A stretch of DNA of 64,000 nt, from positions 1 to 64,000 of the forward strand of contig JAAILG010000206.1 in assembly GCA_012026655.1 (NCBI GenBank). Reading direction: 5' to 3'. This DNA is from Hydrolagus affinis. Taxonomy: Eukaryota. The notes beneath the pieces are model-generated. The model was given only the letters and a program-made list of their open reading frames with translations. It had not been told where the DNA came from and searched no databases. The position numbers and the translations under genes are program-made. Below, in pieces: positions 54,801 to 62,607 of this stretch (positions within the stretch are counted from its first letter, which is position 1; each line of letters opens with the position of its first letter).

Positions 54801-57800
54801 GTGTGCCTCCTAAGGATTTCTCTGCAACAATAAGGGTTATGCTTCACATTAGGTTTTATGCTGAAGGGCTGAGTGAAGCAATACAAACCAAAGTCCCCAA
54901 ATCACGCAAGCACTAATTTTTAAAGCCTTTACGAATTGTGGAAATGCTTCTGCACCACCAGTTTGAAAATACAGTAAAGTTTATATTATATTTTTCATGC
55001 CCATCGTTACTTGTTCCTAATAGCTCATTTCTTCCAGCTCACTGGAACACATCCTCATGTATTCAGAATCAATAACCACAAATAAGTTGTGCTTGCGTTT
55101 AACATAAAGCAGAGCATACCAGCTAACGATTGGCATAGATTCACATCTGGTGCCATATGCTTCTTTTCCACTTCAGTGTCAAAGCCTACAGATGTATTCC
55201 CATCAATGAAGAGAGGCTGATGTTCAAAACCATTAAATGAATTAGCTGGAATTAATTTATCTTCTTTTCCCCTCAGATACAGCAGATGTTTAAATATAGT
55301 ATACATTTTCTGTACTAGTGATGTATTACTCCCATATGAAAAATAAGATGGATATGGTTCACATAGAATAAGTAAAACAGTGTTATTTCACTATTTATAA
55401 CAGTACGGACAGACAAACAACAACAAAATTACATTTGTAAAGTGACTTTCAAGTCGGAAGGATGTCCCAAGGCGCTGAAACCAACCAACACTCTCCTATC
55501 TCATGAAAGAATACATCATCAATATCTGGTAGTACAACATAAAAATACAACGCATCATTAATTTCCTATTGGTTTCCTCAACTTGGTTTTATTCTGTTGT
55601 CGTGAGCTAATAATGAAGAGTTGATTAAATGAAGACTAATCAATGGATGATTAGAATATAACAAAGAAATTCTAATTTGTCCAAATGAGGAAGCCACCAC
55701 CAGTGTATTATGAAAGCCTTTCTCACGAGTCAAATACTCTTATGAATGATCTACTGAGTCTGCCTGTTTTCTCCAGTTTATCACATATTCCCAGACCTAT
55801 GCAAAGTCATGCTCAGCAGATGGCAGAGGAATGCTTCAATGTGCCTTGGTAATTTACCCACCTAACTACATCAAAGCACCTCACAATATTGTTACCATAG
55901 TAACAAACGCTGCTATCATCCACATGAAAGTGATTCTATGTGGACAGTTTACTCATTGAACATTATACATTTAATCCAGTAAAACATATTAAATTTATTT
56001 GCAGCGCCAGTAAATGTTAAAATACTTTTTCTTGGAATTTAATGATGTCTACATGGGAGAGCGCTTTTACTCGTTCCCACAGCCTGTGAGGTTTCCTCTT
56101 TCTCCTTCAGAGACATTTGGCAGCCAGACTGAAAAATTCCACAAGCAAAGATTGAATTTAAATACAATTGGCTATATTACTTGAAATGATGACAAAGAAA
56201 ATTCTCGAAATGTTTCATCTTAAAATTATATTGCCTACTATAAATTCACACAAACAATATTTTCTGTAGAATCTATAGGATTCTAATCCTAACTTTTTTT
56301 AGGTTTTCCTCAAATCCATGCTTGACTTTACCAAGATTTCTTCCCAGATTTCCCAATTCTCCCTCCCATAAACTGCAGATCATTCAGAATTCTGCAGCCT
56401 ATTCTCCCTATTCCTTTTCGCAAATTCTCCCTATTCCTTCCTCACTTTTTAATTCCCTCCACAGTCTTGCCCCACCCTACCTCTGTGACCTTCTCTAACC
56501 CCACCAACCTGCTTGTTTCCTGGCCTTCTTTATGTCTCCCCACCCTACTCATCCCACTATCAGTGGTCCAGCTTTCAGCTGAGCTGTTCCAATTTTCTGG
56601 AATTCCATCCTGGAGTTCCTTCACCTTGCCCATACATTCACCTCCTTCAAAGTATGTCTCAAGGCTTTCCTTTCGTCTGCACCTTTGGTCACCTCCATAC
56701 CATTACCCAGTACCCACACACTTTCCCGAATCCAACCCTGCCTCTCAAGTACACATAGTGAACTATCAGCATCTTGGGACATCCTCCTGACATGAAGGTG
56801 CTATATAAATGCAAATTATTGTTGTTGTTATAGTGCTTTTTAAAAAAAAACTCCAAATGTTGACATTGTTTAATGCAATCTACTCACCAAATAATAATAA
56901 TCCTTGCATTTTATACAGAGCTTTTCACATCTTAAAGTGAATTGACTGTATATTTGTGGGCGAAAAGTGGCAGCCAATTGTATACAGCAGTGTCCCACAA
57001 ACAGTCGTGGAGTGAATTGACCAAATTTTTTTTTTTTTTTAGGGATTATTATTAGGCATGTGGAGTAAGGAAACTTGCCCAAGGTTTCGCCCTGCTGTGA
57101 ATTGAACCCAGGTCTCTTGCTTTTCAGGCGAGTGTTCTAACCACCGAGCTTCAGGCAGGACTCCACAATCCTCCACAGTTTGTGTTCTAGGCTTAACAAT
57201 TTATTTTCTGGAGTTAAATAATGGTTTAGTTCATTGCAGTAATCATTACAACAAGGGGCACAAATCGCAGGACACTGCACACATTTACAACAAAGGCTGA
57301 ATGTGGTATTGATTTGTGTGAATTTATAACCAGTGAACAAAACTTTCAGCACAAACGGGTTGCACATATGCCTTCTTCCACCAGCCACCCCCACCCCCCC
57401 ACCCCCCCTCCCACAGTTTTCTTTGACTTCAAAAGACTCAGAACAAAAGGAAAACGTTCAACAACTACAGACTTTTAAATTAAAGTCAGCCGATTGCGTT
57501 CTCAACATGAAAATTTAGAGAATTGTTTGTTTACGGCATAGTGTTTTAAAGACTACAATAACAGAAATATTTAGATCACCTTATCACCTTTCAATCCAGG
57601 TTGCCCGACATTTCCCACCAAGCCCTGTGGAGCGGAGGGGGGGTGGGGGCAGAGGAGAGAATATTGTTACATTTGCAAGACATGGACCACATGTCACAAT
57701 AAGATAATTGAAGAAAGTCAGCAAATAGAAGATCAGTGCCTTAGAGGACAAAGACAGATACCTGGGGTCCTGGAATTCCTTGGAGTCCATGTAATCCCAT

Positions 57801-60800
57801 AGGACCCAAATCACCCTGTGAAAAAAAAGAGAATTAAACATTCTTACAAAGGGGCAGGGTGCAAACATTTCAGCCTTTGTTCACGCTCTCGATTATTTTC
57901 CAGCAACCTATTGGAAAGCGCACCCGTGTGGACTTCAGGTGAAGAATGATTCCATCCCAGTCATAAACGACTGTGAACACTTGGTTAGCTAACTGGGGAG
58001 AATACCACAGAGTGGCTGAACCTAGCATCCGTTAATGCCTTTTGGTCTATCCACTGGAAAGATACCCATGTTGCAAAGAGGCCAACCCCTCTCCTCCCAC
58101 CTCCTGCACCGCCATAACCTTCTGAGAACTTCTGAGAGTTGTAATCCAGAGGAAGTCAGAGCTGAACATGAATCAAGTATCAAGTCTGGGCGGGAGGGGG
58201 AATGGAGTTGAACCATGCTTTTCCAACTTCCGGGACATAAGTTTTCAGGAGATTTTATTGTTTCAGTCTTTGAACACATGACAGGTCAACTTATATGATG
58301 TGCTTTGAACTGGAAACCCGTCTTTGAGAAGCCTATGAATTTAGTAGCACAGTAATTATAGTAGCGTGCAGGGTTCTTGTTAACAAATGCTATTTTGGCA
58401 TCACCCGACTTTCAAATGTTATGTATTTCAAATCAGATTGGTAATGTTTCATTAATGCTTTTTAATTAAAAATATGTACCTAATTGCAAACTAGCCTGTT
58501 TCCAAAGTAAAACACAGAGGTGCACTTGTCTTTTGCATCTCTCGGATGTACTTACAGCTGTAAATTCTTGGATCTGGAACTCGAAAACACATTTCAACTG
58601 AATGATAACTAATGATCTATAATAAGATATTTTCCAATTGAAAATACTTGTAAGCTCTGTTATTGCAAAACTGCACTTGAAGAAATTGACAATATATTGG
58701 CAGTATAGTTTTAGATGTTTGTCACAACTAAAAGCTCTTTAACTATGATTTAGATTTACAAAGCTAATTCCCCAGAATGTTAAACTAAAAAAAACTAAAT
58801 AAACTACAATTGGTTATGCTATTGTGTCTATTTTTGTTTCATAAGTTTACAAAGCTTATCGTCGGTAAACTTACATTATGCTTTCTGATACATAACATAC
58901 TATATAAACCTTGCTAGTCCACAAAGCAATCTCGAAACAAACAGTCCTGTCAAACAGACATCAACACCATATTTTAATTGTACACCCAATCTTTCACTAT
59001 GACAGGAACATATGTTATTTACTTATATTATTACAATGTGCTGTCAAAACTCATGTATGGATTTGTTAAATCCATAAAAATAAATGGTTTATTAAAGGTC
59101 CATAGCAAACAAAAATCATGTTATCCACATTGAATCTCAATCATTGGGAAATATGCTGATACAAAAGTCAAAATGAAGTAGTGTTGTTCATCCAGTACAT
59201 CCTATAATATGTCTGCTATATATATACATATTGCGAAGCATGTACCAAATACACCCCATAAACAATGCTTTAACAGCAGCAGATAGGCAACATTTTGGGT
59301 TGAACATAGTTTAACTAAATTGACAAGTACAATATGAGTAACATCAAATAAAATAATATGTGTAACTATGTAGGAATATTAAATATATAGAGAATATTCA
59401 AATCAGTAAGTAGTGTTCATTTGCAATACTTTTGAATGTGTTGTACTTACTCTAAGACCAGGAAATCCAGCAGGGCCGACACCACCCACAATCCCCTAAA
59501 ACCAAAACGATTCTATGTTAATACTTAATGAAACCTGCATAAATCGTAACTTTATAAATCGTATAATCACCTGCCTAAATCGTACATGGGCCCCGAGTCC
59601 TATTCAGTTTCCTATCAAAACCACTTGAATTTCATTGTACAGACTGTATTAATCATAACACTGCTCCCATATCATGTATCACTCCTGCACATACTGGCTG
59701 TATTGAATTATGCACATACTGTACAGTGCAGATTATTGATTATATGGGATTTTAAATGATTTATACAGTTTGTCTGTAGCTCAAACTTCATGCAAGTCAT
59801 ATTAAATGTATGCTCCTAGTTGATACGACTTATGTGAGTTTTACTGTATTGTATTTAATAGCATATCATACACCATCGCAATTCCTGTGTTCGTCTTACT
59901 TAGCAAAGATCTATTAACACAGTGACTTTAATCAGAACTAAAATAGTATATGAGTAACCTCAGTAGAAATTACCAGCTTTTACAGAATGATCTTCACATG
60001 AATGAAAACAGTGTTTTTCTACTTGTCAAATATCAGATCAGATATAAAAGAATTGCACAATATAGTCTCTGATTAGGTAATACAGGTTGATTTATAGATT
60101 CTGAATCAATTCCACCTTTGGGGAACATTTCACGCTGGGGCTGATTTAAGTACGCCAGTGCACATAGGCACTGACCAATTGTGATTGACAAGTTCCCCAT
60201 TCTGTTAGCACGTACACCCCTTCACAAATGTTACAACCATCGCCATTGCGCCTGCTGTTGCTATGTGAACATCAAGTGTTAAACATTTAAAAGCAAACCG
60301 ACGAAGAGAGCACAGTATAAAGCAGAATATTACCTATTTCACACACTGCAAAAAGAATACCGTGGCTCTTATAATAGTAAAGGCAGTCTGGGTAAATAAT
60401 ATTATGATTTTGAATGTTGTATTATCCCTACAAGAATGTAGAAGGCCCTTTTACAAGAATATCTTGAAAAAGATCTTTTCCGTTGTAAGTCAATCGTGAG
60501 TTGTGATGGTTTGTGATGTGTTTCATGATAGTTACAGCCTGAATGTTATGCACTTAGCATGTAAAACTGCATGAAACATAATCCCATTTGACATAGATAA
60601 TTTCAAATAACCTCAAGTTGGATTCTAGACATCTTAATGATGATGAGAAAAATTACTGGACAATTCCAAAGTATCGGGCTGTTTTCTGTATTAGGCATTA
60701 TCATTAAGATTTCAAAGGACAAATGTCACGTTTTACAAGCAACAGCTTCACAAAAAAGTGCTTTGTCAATGTTTTTTTTAAAATTGCCAAAGCACACAAT

Positions 60801-61046
60801 GCCATAACGTAAATCACATCAACACATATCATGCTGTAAAAACATCTTTGCATTGCTTTCATGTGGTGTCACTACAATAAAAATGATCTGTGACTTGGTT
60901 GCTTCCCTGCGATCAAAACTGTCCCCCTTCAATACAGAAGGCTTCAATAGCTTTGATAATGGACAGAAGACACTGGCATTCGGATAACTCACAGGGCTGC
61001 CATCTGAACCAGGAGGACCTCTCGCACCAAAATCGCCTACAAAACC
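811..61046 (-). CDS. COL24A1: Collagen type XXIV alpha 1 (clade C fibrillar collagen), partial: 41 spliced exons encoding most of the major triple helix (809 aa)
   Basis: 41 exons of 36/45/54/57/63/108/111 nt. All have AG/GT boundaries, start with a Gly codon and join in one open Gly-X-Y frame. Peptides such as [30 protein letters not shown] and [17 protein letters not shown] match the recalled human COL24A1 order better than COL27A1. Confidence 0.9.
1560..2400 (+). mobile_element. L2-clade LINE 3' fragment (decayed ORF2 C-terminus) plus (TTG)n tails
   Basis: ORF 1486..2145 contains [36 protein letters not shown], typical of L2 ORF2; frameshifts present; tail gtgaaaggcactcta...gttgttgtt. Confidence 0.85.
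2452..2505 (-). CDS. COL24A1: COL24A1 exon, 54 nt, [18 protein letters not shown]
   Basis: aag/GGA...CCT/gtaagt. Confidence 0.93.
3134..3196 (-). CDS. COL24A1: COL24A1 exon, 63 nt, [21 protein letters not shown]
   Basis: tag/GGG...TTT/gtaagt. Confidence 0.93.
3432..3543 (+). mobile_element. SINE 3' fragment
   Basis: same tail consensus ending in (att)n. Confidence 0.85.
3568..3621 (-). CDS. COL24A1: COL24A1 exon, 54 nt, [18 protein letters not shown]
   Basis: cag/GGA...AAG/gtacat. Confidence 0.94.
3803..3913 (-). CDS. COL24A1: COL24A1 exon, 111 nt, [37 protein letters not shown] (one extra residue)
   Basis: cag/GGA...CCA/gtaagt; 108+3 nt. Confidence 0.92.
4766..4873 (-). CDS. COL24A1: COL24A1 exon, 108 nt, [36 protein letters not shown]
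   Basis: cag/GGC...AAG/gtattt; also visible in ORF 4625..4897. Confidence 0.94.
6350..6670 (+). mobile_element. Old DeuSINE-like (SacSINE1/AmnSINE1-type) copy
   Basis: gtgccgcattgttggaagtgccatcttttggatgagac...tgttcaggtgga; similar to 37820-38120 and 4940-5020. Confidence 0.55.
7108..7221 (+). mobile_element. SINE 3' fragment
   Basis: tail consensus. Confidence 0.85.
7303..7415 (-). mobile_element. SINE 3' fragment, inverted
   Basis: reverse complement of the tail consensus. Confidence 0.8.
7541..7820 (+). mobile_element. Full-length ~280-bp tRNA-derived SINE
   Basis: A box tagctcagtggttaga, anticodon-like arm ctcgc-cttacaa-gcgag, B box ggttcaattcc, Deu-like core gctgtgtgcaattgactgccgcgtttc, L2-like tail and (att)n. 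Confidence 0.9.
8006..8113 (-). CDS. COL24A1: COL24A1 exon, 108 nt, [36 protein letters not shown]
   Basis: cag/GGG...CCT/gtaagt. Confidence 0.94.
8988..9041 (-). CDS. COL24A1: COL24A1 exon, 54 nt, [18 protein letters not shown]
   Basis: cag/GGT...CCA/gtaagt. Confidence 0.94.
11009..11208 (-). mobile_element. 5'-truncated tRNA-SINE
   Basis: core and tail, reverse complement. Confidence 0.85.
11387..11440 (-). CDS. COL24A1: COL24A1 exon, 54 nt, [18 protein letters not shown]
   Basis: aag/GGA...CAG/gttagt. Confidence 0.93.
11563..11616 (-). CDS. COL24A1: COL24A1 exon, 54 nt, [18 protein letters not shown]
   Basis: tag/GGT...CCG/gtaatt. Confidence 0.94.
12662..12790 (-). mobile_element. CR1 LINE 3' end fragment
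   Basis: atagaatatagaat tail and 3' UTR similar to 43118-43260. Confidence 0.65.
13014..13067 (-). CDS. COL24A1: COL24A1 exon, 54 nt, [18 protein letters not shown]
   Basis: tag/GGC...ATG/gtaagt. Confidence 0.94.
14850..14906 (-). CDS. COL24A1: COL24A1 exon, 57 nt, [19 protein letters not shown] (conserved clade C helix imperfection)
   Basis: cag/GGC...CCA/gtaggt; 4-residue break equivalent to human STVL. Confidence 0.93.
15678..15731 (-). CDS. COL24A1: COL24A1 exon, 54 nt, [18 protein letters not shown]
   Basis: cag/GGT...AAG/gtaaaa. Confidence 0.94.
16293..16346 (-). CDS. COL24A1: COL24A1 exon, 54 nt, [18 protein letters not shown]
   Basis: tag/GGA...GGG/gtgagt. Confidence 0.93.
17215..17424 (+). 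mobile_element. CR1 LINE 3' end fragment
   Basis: ttcaaggctgag..gatagattttt..ggggatatgggga..aatggcctactcctgctcctaa(ttcttatg)n. Confidence 0.8.
17468..17575 (-). CDS. COL24A1: COL24A1 exon, 108 nt, [36 protein letters not shown]
   Basis: cag/GGT...ATG/gtaatt. Confidence 0.94.
17735..17788 (-). CDS. COL24A1: COL24A1 exon, 54 nt, [18 protein letters not shown]
   Basis: cag/GGA...AAG/gttcct (weak donor). Confidence 0.9.
18332..18439 (-). CDS. COL24A1: COL24A1 exon, 108 nt, [36 protein letters not shown]
   Basis: tag/GGT...CCA/gtaagt. Confidence 0.94.
19353..19406 (-). CDS. COL24A1: COL24A1 exon, 54 nt, [18 protein letters not shown]
   Basis: tag/GGA...AAG/gtaaag. Confidence 0.94.
19757..19972 (+). 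mobile_element. 5'-truncated tRNA-SINE
   Basis: core gctgtgcgcaattggctgctgcg plus tail. Confidence 0.88.
20505..20558 (-). CDS. COL24A1: COL24A1 exon, 54 nt, [18 protein letters not shown]
   Basis: cag/GGT...AGA/gtgagt. Confidence 0.94.
21635..22112 (+). mobile_element. tRNA-SINE interrupted by an L2 3' end (21892-22040)
   Basis: SINE head, core and tail with an inserted C-rich segment ending in (ttg)n, flanked by duplicated tattc. Confidence 0.8.
22217..22955 (-). mobile_element. L2-clade LINE 3' fragment, relatively young
   Basis: ORF 22237..22749 contains [39 protein letters not shown] (L2 ORF2 end); (TTG)n tail; GC-rich. Confidence 0.9.
23266..23319 (-). CDS. COL24A1: COL24A1 exon, 54 nt, [18 protein letters not shown]
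   Basis: cag/GGA...AAG/gtaagt. Confidence 0.93.
23477..23530 (-). CDS. COL24A1: COL24A1 exon, 54 nt, [18 protein letters not shown]
   Basis: tag/GGC...GAG/gtaaca. Confidence 0.94.
23660..23684. repeat. (CA)n microsatellite
   Basis: about 11-12 CA units. Confidence 0.9.
23934..23987 (-). CDS. COL24A1: COL24A1 exon, 54 nt, [18 protein letters not shown]
   Basis: tag/GGT...CCA/gtgagt. Confidence 0.94.
27708..27808. mobile_element. Putative small MITE
   Basis: imperfect terminal inverted repeats agggagtaattctcta... / ...tagaaaattactccct. Confidence 0.5.
28878..28981 (+). mobile_element. L2 3' UTR/tail fragment
   Basis: gctttgggacgtactcccgacatgaaaggcgctata...ttgttattgtt; similar short tails at about 2290, 2575, 8625, 25850, 38165, 42630, 43820, 47840 and 55420. 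Confidence 0.75.
29323..29367 (-). CDS. COL24A1: COL24A1 exon, 45 nt, [15 protein letters not shown]
   Basis: aag/GGC...CCA/gtaagt. Confidence 0.92.
29493..29537 (-). CDS. COL24A1: COL24A1 exon, 45 nt, [15 protein letters not shown]
   Basis: cag/GGA...ATC/gtaagt. Confidence 0.93.
30406..30459 (-). CDS. COL24A1: COL24A1 exon, 54 nt, [18 protein letters not shown]
   Basis: cag/GGA...AAG/gtaaaa. Confidence 0.92.
32590..32700 (+). mobile_element. SINE 3' fragment
   Basis: tail consensus. Confidence 0.75.
32883..32936 (-). CDS. COL24A1: COL24A1 exon, 54 nt, [18 protein letters not shown]
   Basis: tag/GGT...AGG/gtaagt. Confidence 0.94.
33283..33778 (+). mobile_element. Full-length tRNA-SINE with an antisense L2 3' fragment (~33545-33729) inserted in its tail
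   Basis: head gtagctcagtggttaaaagcactcac; tail split as ttgagacttct[...]agaagatgtgaaaagc. Confidence 0.82.
33878..33931 (-). CDS. COL24A1: COL24A1 exon, 54 nt, [18 protein letters not shown]
   Basis: cag/GGT...GCA/gtaagt. Confidence 0.94.
34410..34528. repeat. Two (TA)n microsatellites
   Basis: TA runs at about 34410-34445 and 34506-34528. Confidence 0.85.
35090..35229 (+). mobile_element. CR1 LINE 3' end fragment
   Basis: closely similar to 17280-17424, with (ttcttatg)n tail. Confidence 0.8.
35849..35902 (-). CDS. COL24A1: COL24A1 exon, 54 nt, [18 protein letters not shown]
   Basis: cag/GGT...ATG/gtaagc. Confidence 0.94.
36380..36434. repeat. Perfect 23-bp inverted repeat, 9-nt A-rich loop
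   Basis: aagcttcacacaattcactgaca / tgtcagtgaattgtgtgaagctt. Confidence 0.92.
36553..36780 (-). mobile_element. 5'-truncated tRNA-SINE
   Basis: reverse complement of body and tail. Confidence 0.85.
37325..37385 (+). repeat. 61-bp direct repeat, copy 1
   Basis: identical to 39028-39088. Confidence 0.92.
37820..38120 (+). mobile_element. Old DeuSINE-like (SacSINE1-type) copy
   Basis: tRNA-like head gctcagttggtaac..ctctgagtcagaagattgtggattcaagtc, then gctgcattgttggaggtgccatcctttggatgagac and ctgtgcgcaaattggc. Confidence 0.65.
38848..38901 (-). CDS. COL24A1: COL24A1 exon, 54 nt, [18 protein letters not shown]
   Basis: cag/GGT...AAG/gtaaat. Confidence 0.94.
39028..39088 (+). repeat. 61-bp direct repeat, copy 2
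   Basis: identical to 37325-37385. Confidence 0.92.
40727..41004 (-). mobile_element. Full-length tRNA-SINE
   Basis: reverse complement of head (tgctctaaccactgagctacagga), core and tail. Confidence 0.88.
41784..41844 (-). mobile_element. ~60-bp L2 extreme 3' end (same subfamily as 22217-22280)
   Basis: caacaacaacttcgatttatatagcgccctccataccggacggcgtctcagagcgctt, flanked by cttaa on both sides. Confidence 0.8.
43118..43688 (-). mobile_element. CR1 LINE 3' fragment (ORF2 C-terminus and 3' UTR)
   Basis: ORF 43209..43601 [47 protein letters not shown]; (ATTCTATG)n tail. Confidence 0.93.
44110..44517 (+). mobile_element. L2 LINE 3' fragment, decayed
   Basis: ttcaagatcctggtcctcaccttcaaagccctccatgg, as at 1943-1981, plus tail. 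Confidence 0.82.
44624..44668 (-). CDS. COL24A1: COL24A1 exon, 45 nt, [15 protein letters not shown] (Ser at a Gly position)
   Basis: cag/GGA...CCG/gtaggt. Confidence 0.9.
44849..44902 (-). CDS. COL24A1: COL24A1 exon, 54 nt, [18 protein letters not shown] (Ser at a Gly position)
   Basis: cag/GGA...AAG/gtggta; a tandem alternative donor lies 3 nt further into the intron. Confidence 0.88.
45531..45640 (-). mobile_element. SINE 3' fragment
   Basis: reverse complement of tail. Confidence 0.82.
45927..45971 (-). CDS. COL24A1: COL24A1 exon, 45 nt, [15 protein letters not shown]
   Basis: cag/GGT...GTG/gtaagt. Confidence 0.93.
46769..46822 (-). CDS. COL24A1: COL24A1 exon, 54 nt, [18 protein letters not shown]
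   Basis: cag/GGA...CAG/gtagga; also visible in ORF 46700..46927. Confidence 0.94.
47233..47286 (-). CDS. COL24A1: COL24A1 exon, 54 nt, [18 protein letters not shown]
   Basis: tag/GGT...AAG/gtagat. Confidence 0.94.
51027..51137 (-). mobile_element. SINE 3' fragment
   Basis: reverse complement of tail. Confidence 0.82.
51666..51719 (-). CDS. COL24A1: COL24A1 exon, 54 nt, [18 protein letters not shown]
   Basis: tag/GGC...GAG/gtaagg. Confidence 0.93.
52253..52306 (-). CDS. COL24A1: COL24A1 exon, 54 nt, [18 protein letters not shown]
   Basis: aag/GGC...CTG/gtatgt. Confidence 0.92.
53521..53817 (-). mobile_element. Full-length tRNA-SINE
   Basis: head, core and tail in reverse complement. Confidence 0.88.
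54534..54587 (-). CDS. COL24A1: COL24A1 exon, 54 nt, [18 protein letters not shown]
   Basis: tag/GGT...CGG/gtaaga. Confidence 0.93.
56430..56829 (+). mobile_element. L2 LINE 3' fragment, decayed
   Basis: C-rich, ctggaattcc..ccttcaaa, tail cttgggacatcctcctgacatgaaggtgctatataaatgc..(ttg)n. Confidence 0.72.
56890..57155 (-). mobile_element. Full-length tRNA-SINE
   Basis: head, core and tail in reverse complement. Confidence 0.88.
57580..57624 (-). CDS. COL24A1: COL24A1 exon, 45 nt, [15 protein letters not shown]
   Basis: cag/GGC...AAG/gtgatc. Confidence 0.92.
57762..57815 (-). CDS. COL24A1: COL24A1 exon, 54 nt, [18 protein letters not shown]
   Basis: cag/GGT...CAG/gtatct. Confidence 0.93.
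59451..59495 (-). CDS. COL24A1: COL24A1 exon, 45 nt, [15 protein letters not shown]
   Basis: tag/GGG...AGA/gtaagt. Confidence 0.93.
60993..61046 (-). CDS. COL24A1: COL24A1 exon, 54 nt, [18 protein letters not shown]
   Basis: tag/GGT...CCT/gtgagt. Confidence 0.93.
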
Positions 61047-62245
61047 CTATTAAAATAAGGAAAGAGTGTTAGATGAATATTCTCACCAAAACTGTTGTAA
61101 GAGAAAAGGCCAGAGGAGTACACTTATACATCCGTCACAAGCTCCTGCCACAACCACACTGAAATAGTCAAATGCAATTGTTCAATAGAGGCTTAACCAA
61201 ACCTCTCCATGCAAAAATGACCACTACTTTACATGTAACTTTTGTGAGTTTGAAAGAGATTTCTTTCAAAAGTCAATAATTGTTGTAAAAATTCCAAAAA
61301 TATTCCATTATTAAAAGTCATCTCACACATTTTCATGCAGCTGCTAATGTGTTGTAAAATAAAGTACTTATTTGCCACTGCCACTCATCTCCACATAGCA
61401 ATATTGGAATATGCTATAGTTCCTTTCACGGTCAGGTTGAATTAGAATAATTCAATGCAGACAATGTTGCATCTGATGCCTCCTTGTGGCTGAGCAGGTA
61501 AAAGCAACGCAACATCAGAGGATTTATAAGGAATTGTTGGTCGTTTGGATGTTCGATTTAAAACAAGATTGTATTTAACCTTGCTACTTGCCTAAGGAAA
61601 AGATCTTGTGAAAACATCTTGTGAAAGAGAAATTGTTTTAATCGTTCATTAGAAAACTATGCACTGTCCAGAAATTCCCATATTTATAATATTGTATACA
61701 TATCCTTGAGATCAAGTAGATTAATTCAATCTCGAATCTATTTTACCTCCCCAATTCTATCTCCTGTTTGTGCCGATTGTGTGATTGCATAATCCACATG
61801 CAAACTATCACTTATTCATCTGGATGTTACTCACTCAAATTGTAGACGTCTCTTAACTCACTGTTTTATTTCAGTTCCATTAACTTACACCAGATGTATG
61901 ATCCGATGAGGATGGTTTTGTAAGTTATGGGATACAACCCGGTCCCATCAGTCTTATGAATCAGACAAACCCAATGCTTATGATAAAAATGTGTGCGCTA
62001 TAAATAGACCAAAAAATGTCAGATGACCGTTATGTACATAGTTTATATACTGAAGGGTATTGGACAGAAGTGATATGAAAATCCTATAACACTGGACATT
62101 TATCAATTTTGGCTGGCAGCTTCATTTAGGAAAATAAAGTAAGCATTTTTTTAAAGTAGGAACTATTACAGTTTAAATAAAATGTTTGCCAGTAAGCCTG
62201 TGTTGGAATAACTGACAGACAACTGATTAAAACACAAATCAATGT

Positions 62246-62607
62246 TAACAACAACAAAATTACACTTGTATAGCATCTTTCATCTCAGGAGGACATCCTA
62301 AGGAGCTGGATGCTTCAGATCCAAGGTGGGGTTGAGATTGGGGAGGGTGGGGGGAAAGGAGGGGATTTGGGGTTGACCGATGGGAGGCGGATCTTGAAGG
62401 AGGCTAGGGAGGGGGTAAGGTGGAGGGACTGCGGGATGGAATTGCAGAGGATAGGGGCAGAGTGGCTGAAGGCTCACCTGGCGATGGTGGGGTGGGTGGG
62501 TTGGGGGACATGGTGCAGGCTGGAGCCTGCTGAGTAGAGGGGGTGGGCAGCTTGGAGTTTGCAGAGGTAAAGTGGAGCGAGGCCATGGAGGGCAAATCAA
62601 GTCTTAA
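62246..62607 (-). mobile_element. L2 LINE 3' fragment, decayed
   Basis: (caa)n tail and G-rich body, reverse-complementary to the 1970-2390 type sequence. Confidence 0.78.

Noticed and set aside
811-61046. Assignment as COL27A1, COL11A1/2 or COL5A1
   Set aside because: GYPGEx-xxxx-G, GLQGKDGIK and the exon-by-exon order match recalled COL24A1. Clade B collagens lack this 57-nt imperfect exon.
811-61046. Pseudogene call because of helix defects
   Set aside because: There are no stops or frameshifts in 2427 nt, and all 82 splice dinucleotides are intact.
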